Of a stretch of 64,000 bases of DNA, positions 18,066 to 28,228 are shown one piece after another. This stretch comes from Minisyncoccota bacterium (GTDB lineage Bacteria > Patescibacteriota > Minisyncoccia > Phycocordibacterales > JABAAK01): NCBI GenBank assembly GCA_963668425.1, contig OY764332.1:188943-252942 (forward strand). The letters run 5' to 3'. Each line of letters opens with the position of its first letter. Within the stretch, counting starts at the first letter, position 1. Both the position numbers and the translations under genes were made by a program. A model generated the notes under the pieces. That model did no database searches. It was not told the origin of the DNA and saw only the letters and a list, made by a program, of their open reading frames with translations.

Positions 18066-20417
18066 TTACTCAATTTTGTATATTTTTTCTGCTACATATA
18101 TCCCTTCTTCAGTATTGGCGACAACACGAACAGTTGTTTCCTGTTCATTTTTATCCAATAACTTACTTGGATCAAAGCTCAGCATCGGCAAGTGTGATGA
18201 TCCGATAAGTGTGCCATTCACATAAAATTCATACTGTACTCTTTCTGCCGGTATTTTCTTCACTGCAATGGTGGTTATTTCATCTATATATATTTTTGAT
18301 TGTGGTGATTGTATAGAAAAGTTCTTCACCAAGCTTTCTCTGTTGCGACTATACTCCTCCTGTATCTCATTTCCCTCAAGCCAGTACTGTACTCCATACT
18401 CCCAATGCTCATACTGCGGCTCTTTAGAAGGATCATGAGCGTGCTGTGTTGGCTTATTCCTTTGAATGTAGTGCAATATTGTGTGTGGATCATCAGTATC
18501 TATCCTACCGAGCACTATATCTGGAGACAATTCTGGTGGAATGGTGTTTCGTGTAAAGTACGTCCCTTGCTCGCCATATTGCTCGGATACTGTTGTAACA
18601 ATTTGTCTTAGTAGTGGCGCAAGATGAAATCCGGCAGCGTTGTTCTCCAGCGGCGTGTTATCTGAATTCCCTGCCCACACCAGTACTACAATATCTGGAG
18701 AATATCCAACTATCCAAATATCACGAGCGTTGTTTGTGGTGCCGGTTTTTACTGCAACCGGTGGGTTGGTTATATACATTGCTGAACCCCTGCCGAACAC
18801 CGGTGCTCGTGCATCATCATCAAAGAGCATGTCAGTGATGTCTTGTGTTACATGTCGCTCCAGCACTTGTTTTTCAGATTTCTCTTCTCCATATTGCCAT
18901 ATGTACGGCACAAGCGTGCCTTCATTTGCAAATACACTATATGCCTGTGCCATTTCCAGTGGTGTTATATCTGCTCCGCCGAGTACTAAACTTAACCCGT
19001 AGTGGTTTTGGTTTTGCGTCAATGATGTGATGCCCATTTTTCTTGCCTGTTGAATTACATTTGCCACACCTGCTATATACAGCACTTTTACTGCTGGTAT
19101 GTTGATGGATTGTGCAAGCGCATCACGTAACGATATTGGTCCCACAAACCTTCCAGTGTAGTTAACTGGTGCATAACAACCGCGCTTGGTACTTTCAAAT
19201 CTATCTTTCTCACAATTCGCGTTGAATTGAGTCGGCGTATCATAAATAATAGTTTGTGGCGTGAGTCCTTTTTTAATTGCCTCTGCATATGCTATCGGTT
19301 TAAAGGTTGAGCCTGGTTGTCGAAGTGAGGTAATGATGTTTACCCGCCCGTCAATTTCATTGTCAAAGAAATCTCGCGAACCGACCATTGAAAGAACCTC
19401 GCCGGTCTTTGCTGAAAGTACGACGGATGCGATATTGCCAACCTTAAATTGCTCTTCCAGTTTTGTCTCTAAAAATTCCTGCGTCATTTTTTCAATTTCT
19501 TCCTGCATCTCAATATCAATAGTTGTTTGTACACGCTGCCCTTCAAGATTTCTCAGTCCGGCGCCATGCTCTTTTTCCAGCTGTTCTTTTGCAAAAAATA
19601 CAAAATGCGGTGCGCGGATTGAAAAGGTGTCCTGACTTTGGAAATACACCTCTTCTGCTCGTGCTCTGCGATATTCGTCCCTCGTTATTAAATTGTGTTT
19701 TAACATTAGTTGGAGTGTATGATTTTTTCTTGCCTCAAGTGCCCTTCTGTTTTGCCCATATGGTGAATAGTACGTTGGCGCTTTTGGAATTGCTGCGAGA
19801 TATGCTGACTCTGCGATTGTTAGCTCGCTTGGCTTTTTGCCGTAAAATGATTTGCTCGCTTCTGCTATACCATATGACACTCCGCCGTATGGTATGGTAT
19901 TAAGATACATCTCAAGAATTTCCTCTTTGTTTAATTGTTTCTCTAACTTTATTGCAAGTAAAAACTCTTTCATTTTTCGTTCTATTTTTTTCTCTGTGGT
20001 GAGGAATACATTTTTAATCACCTGCTGTGTGATTGTTGACCCTCCTTGGCTAAAAGACAGTGTGCGTATGTTGTTAATAAGCGCGCGTAAAAATGCATCA
20101 ATGCGAACACCGCCATGCTCAAAAAAGAGATGGTCCTCTATTGCAATGGTTGCGTTGATAACATTTTTTGATATTTCCTCATATGGAACAAAGGTTCTTT
20201 TTTCATTCACTGAAAAATCAAATAGAAACTTGTCATTCCGATCAGTCAATATGATGGACTGCTTAGATACGACGTTTTGTATGTCTACACCCGGCAGTGG
20301 GGTGAAGGTGTAAAAAAGTGTTATGTATCCTGCAGTAAAAAATGCCACTGACAGTGACAAGAGAATGATATTTTTTATTGTAAAAAAATTTTTCACAGTA
20401 TTAACAGGATACTCCAT
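18066..20417 (-). CDS. class A penicillin-binding protein (glycosyltransferase + transpeptidase) with C-terminal extension
   Basis: N-terminal TM. GT51 motifs (EDHLFFEHGGV, GGSTITQQVIKN). TP motifs (STFKP, SIN, KTGT). ~170-aa C-terminal domain of unknown function. Confidence 0.85.
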   Translation of the reverse strand: MEYPVNTVKNFFTIKNIILLSLSVAFFTAGYITLFYTFTPLPGVDIQNVVSKQSIILTDRNDKFLFDFSVNEKRTFVPYEEISKNVINATIAIEDHLFFEHGGVRIDAFLRALINNIRTLSFSQGGSTITQQVIKNVFLTTEKKIERKMKEFLLAIKLEKQLNKEEILEMYLNTIPYGGVSYGIAEASKSFYGKKPSELTIAESAYLAAIPKAPTYYSPYGQNRRALEARKNHTLQLMLKHNLITRDEYRRARAEEVYFQSQDTFSIRAPHFVFFAKEQLEKEHGAGLRNLEGQRVQTTIDIEMQEEIEKMTQEFLETKLEEQFKVGNIASVVLSAKTGEVLSMVGSRDFFDNEIDGRVNIITSLRQPGSTFKPIAYAEAIKKGLTPQTIIYDTPTQFNANCEKDRFESTKRGCYAPVNYTGRFVGPISLRDALAQSINIPAVKVLYIAGVANVIQQARKMGITSLTQNQNHYGLSLVLGGADITPLEMAQAYSVFANEGTLVPYIWQYGEEKSEKQVLERHVTQDITDMLFDDDARAPVFGRGSAMYITNPPVAVKTGTTNNARDIWIVGYSPDIVVLVWAGNSDNTPLENNAAGFHLAPLLRQIVTTVSEQYGEQGTYFTRNTIPPELSPDIVLGRIDTDDPHTILHYIQRNKPTQHAHDPSKEPQYEHWEYGVQYWLEGNEIQEEYSRNRESLVKNFSIQSPQSKIYIDEITTIAVKKIPAERVQYEFYVNGTLIGSSHLPMLSFDPSKLLDKNEQETTVRVVANTEEGIYVAEKIYKIE

Positions 20418-20906
20418 TTATCCTTGGTCCGTAAGAAATGGCACCGCCGCCAGATGAGTAATGCCAATGGCAATGGCATCATACTCATCATCATGTCGCT
20501 TCTTCTCATTTAATGCAATGAGCCGTGGCACCATACGAATAATATCTTTTTTGGTGGCGTTGCTGTTCCCGGTAATTGCGTTCTTTACCTGATTTGGTGT
20601 GTATTCAATTACCGTTAAACCATACTCTTTTGTGGTGTAGATACATACTCCGCGCACTTCTGCTGTCTGCAAGGCGGTCTTTTTATTTTTTGAAAAAAAA
20701 AGTCGTTCTATTGCTGCACAGTTCGGCTGATATGCTTGTATAATACTTCGTATCCGACCACCTATCTGGGTCAATCGGCTTTCAAATGCCGTTTCCTTCT
20801 CGGTCTCAAAACATTCTGAAAAAAGTAGGTTGGTTTTCCCGTCTTTTTTTGCTACTACTGCAAACCCTATGCGTCCGTATCCTGGATCTATGGCGAGCAC
20901 TTTCAT
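20418..20906 (-). CDS. ruvC: crossover junction endodeoxyribonuclease RuvC
   Basis: MKVLAIDPGYGRIGFAVV, RNase H-like fold. Confidence 0.85.
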   Translation of the reverse strand: MKVLAIDPGYGRIGFAVVAKKDGKTNLLFSECFETEKETAFESRLTQIGGRIRSIIQAYQPNCAAIERLFFSKNKKTALQTAEVRGVCIYTTKEYGLTVIEYTPNQVKNAITGNSNATKKDIIRMVPRLIALNEKKRHDDEYDAIAIGITHLAAVPFLTDQG

Positions 20907-20907
20907 A

Positions 20908-21438
20908 CTATGCTTTGTTTGTAACTATTTCTTGTGTGTCCTCCTGTTCATGCAGATCAGCCACAAGTGTATTCAGTTTTGCTGCATCTGTTTCTGATAA
21001 TGATACTGTTGTGTTCGGTGTGATGCTACTTCCCTGGTTGCTGAATACCCATGCTGCTGATCCTGGTGCGCCAACGGTGTATCCGTTTTTTGTGGCAATG
21101 TGCCGAATCTCTGCCGCGGTGCGGTTTTTGTTGTCAGTTAATGCCTTGATGAGAATGGCACACCCACCTGGACCGTACATCTCATAGGTAATTGTTTCTG
21201 ATGATTCCGCATCATTTTCAATGCCTCGCTTAATTGCTCGGTCTATGTTTTGTGACGGCATGTTCGCTGCTTTTGCCTGCTCTATTGCCGATTTTACTGC
21301 TGGTGCGTTGCGATTGCCATCATGTTTTTTTGATTCTACTGCCAGCAGTTTTGCCAGCCGAGAGAATGTCTTACTCTTTTGTGCATCAGTCCCTGCTTTT
21401 TTATGCTTAATTTTAGACCATTTATTATGTCCCGCCAT
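20908..21438 (-). CDS. yebC: YebC/PmpR family DNA-binding regulator (short)
   Basis: MAGHNKWSKIKHKKAGTDAQKSKTFSRLAKLL is the YebC N-terminus. At 176 aa it is shorter than the usual ~240. Confidence 0.75.
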   Translation of the reverse strand: MAGHNKWSKIKHKKAGTDAQKSKTFSRLAKLLAVESKKHDGNRNAPAVKSAIEQAKAANMPSQNIDRAIKRGIENDAESSETITYEMYGPGGCAILIKALTDNKNRTAAEIRHIATKNGYTVGAPGSAAWVFSNQGSSITPNTTVSLSETDAAKLNTLVADLHEQEDTQEIVTNKA

Positions 21439-21449
21439 ACGATATGATA

Positions 21450-22442
21450 TTAAAGAGATCTCAGATATGCTGCTCCTTTTTCGGTGATACTTCTGCCGCG
21501 AGGGGTGCGCTCTATGAGTCCTGCTTGAATGAGGAAAGGTTCGTATACTTCTTCAATGGTACCCACATCCTCTGAGAGAGTGGTGGCGAGCGCTTGGATA
21601 CCGACTGGACCACCATTAAACGATTCCTGGATTGTTCTGAGCATTGCCCTATCTTCTGCAGTAAGCCCATATTCATCTATATCACGCTCTGAGAGAGCGC
21701 TCTGCACTATATCAGATGTAATATCTACAGTATGCACTTGTGCGTAATCTCGCACTCGCTTAAGAAGGTAGTTAGCGATTCGTGGTGTGCTGCGCGCTCG
21801 CCCTGCAATATTGCTCGCGGCTTTCTCTGGCAGGGTAATGCCCAGCACTGATGCCGATCGCATGATGATCTGCGCAATCTCATCTTCTGTGTACGGGATC
21901 AATCGCATAACGCCGCCGGAAAATCGTGTGCGCAGTGGCGTAGACAATCTTCCCACTTGCGTTGTCGCGGCAATGATAACAATCGGTGGCAAATTGATCT
22001 CGACTGAGCGAGCGGTCGGCCCTTTTCCGACAATGATAGAAATATTACCGCTTTCCATTATTGGATATAACACCTCTTCTATATTTTTGCTCAATCTATG
22101 TATTTCGTCTATAAACAATACGCCGCCATTTTCCATTGCTGATGCAAGAGAAACAATATCTCCTGCACGCTCTATCATTGGTCCGGATGTAGTGTGTACT
22201 GGCACTTCCAACACTGAGCCGATGATATACGCTAATGTTGTTTTCCCTAAACCTGCGGGGCCGTATAACAGGATATGTTCTGGCATTTGCCCTCTTTCTT
22301 TTGCTGCCTCTATAAGGATGTGTAGGTTTTTCTTTATCATCTCCTGTCCGATATAGTCATCCCAGTGCTTAGGACGCAGCAAACTATCCAAAGAATGCTC
22401 TAGTGATTGTTTATTTTCTATAGCAATATCATTTATACTCAT
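21450..22442 (-). CDS. ruvB: Holliday junction branch-migration helicase RuvB
   Basis: ILLYGPAGLGKTTLAYIIG (Walker A), IDEIHRL, C-terminal winged helix. Start at Met4 of the ORF. Confidence 0.9.
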   Translation of the reverse strand: MSINDIAIENKQSLEHSLDSLLRPKHWDDYIGQEMIKKNLHILIEAAKERGQMPEHILLYGPAGLGKTTLAYIIGSVLEVPVHTTSGPMIERAGDIVSLASAMENGGVLFIDEIHRLSKNIEEVLYPIMESGNISIIVGKGPTARSVEINLPPIVIIAATTQVGRLSTPLRTRFSGGVMRLIPYTEDEIAQIIMRSASVLGITLPEKAASNIAGRARSTPRIANYLLKRVRDYAQVHTVDITSDIVQSALSERDIDEYGLTAEDRAMLRTIQESFNGGPVGIQALATTLSEDVGTIEEVYEPFLIQAGLIERTPRGRSITEKGAAYLRSL

Positions 22443-22451
22443 ATATAACAA

Positions 22452-24137
22452 TTAGATAACAATACCAATAACACGTGACACCTCTTCTAAGGAGGTCATA
22501 CCTTTCAATACCTTCCACAACGCGTCATCTTCCATAAAAGGAAACCCTTGTTTGCGTACCTCTGTGCGTAATGCGGTAATGCCGCCCTCTTCACGAATAA
22601 CTCGCTCAATTTCATCATTAACCTCAAACACCTCAAATACACCGATTCTTTTTTTGTATCCGTCATTACACTCCTGACAATTTTGTGACGCCTCACTTGG
22701 TCTTCTGATGGCATTCAAGTCAAAATCTTCTTTATATTGCTCTGGAAACTTTTCTATCATTTGCTGTATTACTGTTTTCTGACTGTCCGTTAACGGGTGT
22801 TGCTCTGAACAGGTCGGGCATATTCGTCGTACCAGTCGTTGCGCAATAATAATGTTAATTGCCCGTGAAAATGTTTGTGGATCTGTGTCAAATTGCAGAA
22901 GTCGTGGTAGTGCTCCGAGCGCATCATTGGTGTGTAATGTTGAAAAAACCAAATGCCCGGTTAGTGCCGCCTGTATAGCGACTTGTGCGACTTCAGCGTC
23001 GCGAATCTCCCCCACTAAAATGACATCAGGGTCCTGCCGAAGGATAGCACGCAATCCTGTGGCAAATGAGTACTCTCCATCAATCTCTGTTTGCACGATA
23101 CCTTCAAGGCGGTATTCTATTGGGTCTTCCAGTGTAACGGTCTTGATGTGCTCACCTTTTACTATACTAAGAAATGAGTATAGCGTTGTTGTTTTTCCTG
23201 AGCCAGTTGGTCCGGTGTTTAAGATCATGCCATTCGGTCGTTTGATATGCTTCATAAAAACCTCAAGCATCATTGGATGAATCCCTAATCGCTCAATACT
23301 ATGCACAATATTCTTCGGATCAAGGAGCCGTATCACAAATGAGCCACCTTCGTCCTCTGGTATCACAGATGAACGAACACTGAGTGTTCTCTTCGGAAGA
23401 TGCACCACAAAACCTCCGTCTTGTGCCCCTTTCGCAGTTATTTTCATACTGGAAACCAATTTCATTCTGGTAACCACCTGTTTATACTCTAGTTCTCCGA
23501 GTTCAGTTATATCAGTGAGTACACCATCTATACGATACCGCACCACTCCACCGTCTGATGACGGTTCAATATGTATGTCTGATGCGTTTACCGCAATTGC
23601 AGTCGCCACAATATATTCAACATTCTTTGATATTCGCCGTGTCCGGCTCATTTTTTTGAGATCACGCAACATATCGCGAACTGCCTCAATTGATTCTATG
23701 CTTTTTATTTTTTGTTCTAATTCTTCGTTTGCGATAGAGAGTGTTCCTGGTGAAGTTGCACTCGTTGTAATAATATCTTTGTAATACATCCATATTTGCT
23801 CCAGCGTTTTTGTTGAAGCAAGGGTTAATTCGTGTGAATATCCTTTCTCCTCAAGATTGCGAAGTATTTCTGCTAGTTTCTTATTATTAGGCTCATTCAC
23901 TGCTATTGTCAATACTCCTTTTAATCGCTTATATGCCGCCATTTTTGCTTCTCGCGCATCAACCTCTTTGACGAGCTGGAGTGCATTAGGATTTACTTGT
24001 ATATCGGCAATATGAATGGCAGGGTGGTGATATTTACCAGAAAGATATTCCATCAATCGTTCTTCTTCCTCTTCCTTGTACTCTTTCAAGTCCTTTTGAA
24101 ACTCTTGTACTGGTGTATTAGTAACAGTCATTGTCAT
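22452..24137 (-). CDS. pilB: type IV pilus assembly ATPase PilB (GspE family)
   Basis: NGMILNTGPTGSGKTTTLYS (Walker A), TLEDPIEY, tetracysteine CPTCSEQ...CQEC. Start at Met17 (MTMTVTNT). Confidence 0.85.
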   Translation of the reverse strand: MTMTVTNTPVQEFQKDLKEYKEEEEERLMEYLSGKYHHPAIHIADIQVNPNALQLVKEVDAREAKMAAYKRLKGVLTIAVNEPNNKKLAEILRNLEEKGYSHELTLASTKTLEQIWMYYKDIITTSATSPGTLSIANEELEQKIKSIESIEAVRDMLRDLKKMSRTRRISKNVEYIVATAIAVNASDIHIEPSSDGGVVRYRIDGVLTDITELGELEYKQVVTRMKLVSSMKITAKGAQDGGFVVHLPKRTLSVRSSVIPEDEGGSFVIRLLDPKNIVHSIERLGIHPMMLEVFMKHIKRPNGMILNTGPTGSGKTTTLYSFLSIVKGEHIKTVTLEDPIEYRLEGIVQTEIDGEYSFATGLRAILRQDPDVILVGEIRDAEVAQVAIQAALTGHLVFSTLHTNDALGALPRLLQFDTDPQTFSRAINIIIAQRLVRRICPTCSEQHPLTDSQKTVIQQMIEKFPEQYKEDFDLNAIRRPSEASQNCQECNDGYKKRIGVFEVFEVNDEIERVIREEGGITALRTEVRKQGFPFMEDDALWKVLKGMTSLEEVSRVIGIVI

Positions 24138-24231
24138 AATTGTACCATGCTTGCCTCTGGTACCCGAAGAGAGCCATTTTTGCATGTGGTGTTATGCGTT
24201 TTGCAGATTGCTTCGTGTGGTGGTGTGTGCA

Positions 24232-25569
24232 CTATAATCGTAGCATCCAAAGAGCCATGTCATATTTATTTATAAAAAACAGAAATTCTCCGTCTGTGCT
24301 TATTTGAGGGTGAACAACGTCAAATGTAGTGTTGTTAGAAAGGAGTTGAATTTCATCCTGATCAGGTGAGAGTGGTAATTGCTTTTCTCCTGTTGCTGCA
24401 TTCACTAATATAATCACATCGTTCAAAGAAATGTCCCCCTGGTACCACGAGTCAGGAAACATTGTTTCATACCCAGAAAGGGTTTCTGCAGGGACAGATT
24501 TCGGCACGGCACATACAAATACTCCATTCACTGTATCACATTTTTCAGGTAGCGTTATTGGTAGGTCAATAGAAACGCTTCGGTCTCGATTAGTAATGGA
24601 TGCTTTTCCGGCGAAATTATCCGCCTTTGTTTCAAACAACATAAAATATCCTGTTGTTGTGTCCATCAAAGCCGATCCACCTGAGTCAAGAGAAACGAAT
24701 TGCTCATCGGGCAGAACACCTTTCGGATCAATAAGATACACAAACCCTTTCATGAGATCAGTGACAGGGGTGTGCAATGTGATGTGCGTGCCATTACCCC
24801 ATCGCGGAATCCAAGAGGTGAAATCTGATCGCCAAATCACTTGTGTCTTTGATGGATTTGAGACATCAACAATGACACCAACTGATTTGTCATCAATCAC
24901 CTGAATAAAAAAGAGGAGGTTTTTATTATTTGTTGCGACACGAATGTTGTCCTCAAACCGCTGGACACTTGGACTGGTGTTGACTGTAGAAAAAGGAACA
25001 AATGCAGATCGTATTACGGATTCGTCATCGGCACTTTCATATAGCACAAGCACCTCACCATTTTCAAACGGATACCCCTCAACCGCTCGGGTAAATTCAC
25101 CACGCGCAGTCAGTGTTAAAGAGTACGGAATAGCTTGTACTGCATACCGATTTCCCCGCCCTTGCTCAACAACCTGCACTTCCCAGCCATCTCCTTTCTT
25201 CGCGACACGATACCCTGCTGTTGGACCCTTAAAGAGTCGTATTAGCCGTGGTATGTTTTCCTTGTCTTCGGTGATAGTGTCATTAATATCATTACGCTCA
25301 TCGGATAGTGGAATTGTACGCACCCGATCATCCCGCTGCCCCACCTCATCATTAGAAACAGAGCGCTCAAAAGAGATTTGATTCGGTTGTGTTGCTTCAA
25401 GGTTATTAAGACCGAGAGATGGCACTTGTGGAAGAGTGGGTGTAGTTGTTTCCGGCGGCGCAGGAGTAGGTGGCTCTGCGGAGAAATATACATAAATACC
25501 GGCGAAAAGTAATGCGAGAAACACTAAAAAAACAATTACAGCAATAGTAAACCTTTTTATAGGAGTCAT
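24232..25569 (-). CDS. membrane-anchored hypothetical protein (PT-rich linker, beta-propeller-like C-terminus)
   Basis: N-terminal TM MTPIKRFTIAVIVFLVFLALLFAGIYVYF, then PPTPAPPETTTPTLP. C-terminal PQISTDGEFLFF resembles TolB-type blades. Confidence 0.5.
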   Translation of the reverse strand: MTPIKRFTIAVIVFLVFLALLFAGIYVYFSAEPPTPAPPETTTPTLPQVPSLGLNNLEATQPNQISFERSVSNDEVGQRDDRVRTIPLSDERNDINDTITEDKENIPRLIRLFKGPTAGYRVAKKGDGWEVQVVEQGRGNRYAVQAIPYSLTLTARGEFTRAVEGYPFENGEVLVLYESADDESVIRSAFVPFSTVNTSPSVQRFEDNIRVATNNKNLLFFIQVIDDKSVGVIVDVSNPSKTQVIWRSDFTSWIPRWGNGTHITLHTPVTDLMKGFVYLIDPKGVLPDEQFVSLDSGGSALMDTTTGYFMLFETKADNFAGKASITNRDRSVSIDLPITLPEKCDTVNGVFVCAVPKSVPAETLSGYETMFPDSWYQGDISLNDVIILVNAATGEKQLPLSPDQDEIQLLSNNTTFDVVHPQISTDGEFLFFINKYDMALWMLRL

Positions 25570-25595
25570 ATGATACTAGTATATCGCGACAAGAA

Positions 25596-27215
25596 CTATT
25601 TATCACACTTAATCCCACCCTCATATGTTTTATCGCCTTGTGTTATATCTCCCCATGTAATATCAAAGCAGTGTGTTGTACTAAGAGGTATTTGTATGGC
25701 ACTGTCTTTATCAAGTAGCGGACCTGTATTTGCCGGTATTATGAATACCATACAAAACTTTTGAACATTCTTGTTAAAGTAAAAATCAACAGTAAACCCA
25801 TCTCCTAGTTTTTTCACCCTATTTTGAATTGAAAAAGCAAAATCACTATTAACGACCTTTGATGATTTATCGTATGCTGTGTATTCTGCAAGAATACCAT
25901 TTGTACCATTGTAGGTGTGATCAATAAAGTGAATCTTTTGATCAGACCTTGCACTCTTAAGATTGTCTACACCACTAATTTTAAAATTAAATTGAGCGCC
26001 GTGCTTTTTTCCGTAAGCAGCACTTAACTCCTCCCCTTTGGGTGGATGAATAAGGTATTGTGTATTTGGACAATTTGTAACAGATGATTTGATGAATGAT
26101 TGTATCTGAGAGGTTAGGTGTGCATCTTCATTTTTATTTTTCCATGGTAGTCCATGCCAAAATTTCTTCTGCACAACTTTTGTTTCAGTTTGGTCTGTAT
26201 TTGGTACTTTCTCAGATTCTTCAACTCCAATAGATACAGCAGGAAAAGCAACAACAATCTCTACGTCATCTGGTAGTTGTATTACTGATTCATCGGGTTT
26301 GTTTGGTGGCGTGCAGTTAATAACCTTCGCCCCTTCATTTTCATTCTCCTCATTATAGGTATATACCCTATCACTCACCGCTCTTGTATATAAAACCTGA
26401 TAAGAATACTGCAATGGAATGGGTGATGTGTCATGCTGCAAAGATTTTTTAATGCTATTTAATTGATCTCTAAAATTAGTGTCAACGATTTCAGGGCAGC
26501 GAGTTATGGTTAGTTTTTTACTTGATTTGTCAAATTCAATACCATTTTCTGGAATTTCCAGATTGTTTGAGTATAATTCAGAACCTTGTCCGACTTCCTG
26601 TAGACCTGTGATTGTTTGAAATAACCTAGGTCGCAGGAGGGATGGAGCAATAAAGTTTAAGATAACCCAAGAAAGTAGCAGAATAGCGGTGCCGATTGCA
26701 GCACTTTTTACTCGCCCTTTTGCGTCAGAAAAAACTGCAACATTGCCTCCAAACTCGGCATAGATCATCCGAGTGCCATGCACTGCCAGCAGTATGACCA
26801 TAAGTATCCCAGAAAGTGTGAAAATGATACTAAAAAAACGACCAAAAATTCCTTGGATTGTTCTACTTACAGACTCCCTGTCATTGTTACTTGCTTTAAT
26901 TTCTTTTCCTGCGCCAAAAATACTGCTGTATAGGTGTAATCTCAACGGCTCTTTCCCTGCTATACTCTGCTGAGCAGGATTAACGGTTGTTGGTGGCGAT
27001 GTTTCGTTTTCATTATCTTCGCCATCTTTGTCATCTTCGCTATCTTTGTTATCGTTGGTGTTTCCTAGATTATCAGGTAATTCAACATCGGCTGCATTGG
27101 TTTCCTGTATGTCAACTATCGGACCTTGTGCAAACAAGACACCACCAAAAAGACCCCCTATACTACAGACGAAAAGTAAACTGAATATCAGATTGTTGTA
27201 AATCTTTGTTTTCAT
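25596..27215 (-). CDS. membrane protein with acidic low-complexity region and a VirB2/TrbC-like two-helix hairpin, plus a large extracytoplasmic domain
   Basis: The start was moved to Met20 (27215). The hairpin is IQGIFGRFFSIIFTLSGILMVILLAVHGTRMIYAEFGG...AKGRVKSAAIGTAILLLSWVIL. There is a paralogous hairpin in the CDS at 44701..45870. Confidence 0.5.
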   Translation of the reverse strand: MKTKIYNNLIFSLLFVCSIGGLFGGVLFAQGPIVDIQETNAADVELPDNLGNTNDNKDSEDDKDGEDNENETSPPTTVNPAQQSIAGKEPLRLHLYSSIFGAGKEIKASNNDRESVSRTIQGIFGRFFSIIFTLSGILMVILLAVHGTRMIYAEFGGNVAVFSDAKGRVKSAAIGTAILLLSWVILNFIAPSLLRPRLFQTITGLQEVGQGSELYSNNLEIPENGIEFDKSSKKLTITRCPEIVDTNFRDQLNSIKKSLQHDTSPIPLQYSYQVLYTRAVSDRVYTYNEENENEGAKVINCTPPNKPDESVIQLPDDVEIVVAFPAVSIGVEESEKVPNTDQTETKVVQKKFWHGLPWKNKNEDAHLTSQIQSFIKSSVTNCPNTQYLIHPPKGEELSAAYGKKHGAQFNFKISGVDNLKSARSDQKIHFIDHTYNGTNGILAEYTAYDKSSKVVNSDFAFSIQNRVKKLGDGFTVDFYFNKNVQKFCMVFIIPANTGPLLDKDSAIQIPLSTTHCFDITWGDITQGDKTYEGGIKCDK

Positions 27216-28167
27216 TTTGAGCAAATACACGAATAGGTATTTCGGTGTTCTCACCCTGAACAGAAATATCAAGCTTTCTACCCTCCTTTAGATGGCTTGT
27301 TTCGTTATTTACAAACCACCTGTATTGTATCGCATTTTTTTCAAAATCGGACTGATTGAAGTAAAATGGGTACACTGAAGCCGTAATTTCCTCACTCCCG
27401 AGAGAAAGATTTTTGGAGAAAACCCGATCTCGAGCAAGTCCATATAGTAAGGTGTGTGGATATACTAATAATCGCGGTTCAATGATAGGAACATTAATGA
27501 TTTTTTCAAAGGCAACCTTGCCGCTTTTAATGAGTGTTGCTTCAACCTGTACAATGATATACCTATTCAAATAACTTCCACCATCTTCATACACCACACT
27601 ACTAACTCCGGGACCCCGACTGCTATGATATCGTGATTCAATCATCCAACGAAATGAAAAGTCCCTCTCGGTATATATAACACCATCTTGGTCAACATAC
27701 TGTATTTTTGCTGAAAGCTTTATCGGTGTCTGTGGTCCTGCGAGCCGATGTCCCCGATATAGTGGCGTGACTACTGAATCCGCCTCCCACAACACATCAA
27801 AAATAACTGGTCGTATCCATCTGGAAATATCTATAAATCTTTTGTCGCCTTGTGAATCAAAGTAATGTATTCGTGCGTTCACTCGCTTTGGTGCGCTGCT
27901 GGCAATTTCGGTAATCTCCATCTTGTTTGTGTACTCTGCCCGCTCAGTGCCGTCAACATACCATGTGACCAATTGAATACTGGAGATAAATGATTTGTTA
28001 GATCTGATGGTGAAATCAACATACTTACCTGGTGACGGGTACGACTCACTTACAACAATTTCATATGCATCATAACTCCCTTGCACTTGCGCGAATGCAG
28101 TGTGAGAAAGCATTAAAAATCCACTCAAAAAAACAATGTATGCATAGAAAAGAAATAGCGTTCGCAT
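27163..28167 (-). CDS. secreted hypothetical protein
   Basis: Signal peptide MRTLFLFYAYIVFLSGFLMLSHTAFAQ. No recognisable domain. Confidence 0.5.
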   Translation of the reverse strand: MRTLFLFYAYIVFLSGFLMLSHTAFAQVQGSYDAYEIVVSESYPSPGKYVDFTIRSNKSFISSIQLVTWYVDGTERAEYTNKMEITEIASSAPKRVNARIHYFDSQGDKRFIDISRWIRPVIFDVLWEADSVVTPLYRGHRLAGPQTPIKLSAKIQYVDQDGVIYTERDFSFRWMIESRYHSSRGPGVSSVVYEDGGSYLNRYIIVQVEATLIKSGKVAFEKIINVPIIEPRLLVYPHTLLYGLARDRVFSKNLSLGSEEITASVYPFYFNQSDFEKNAIQYRWFVNNETSHLKEGRKLDISVQGENTEIPIRVFAQNENKDLQQSDIQFTFRL

Positions 28168-28228
28168 ATGGTGTCAAGTATACCCTGAAAAACCACTACC
28201 ACACGCATAAGGTGCTTGACCTGTGCTG

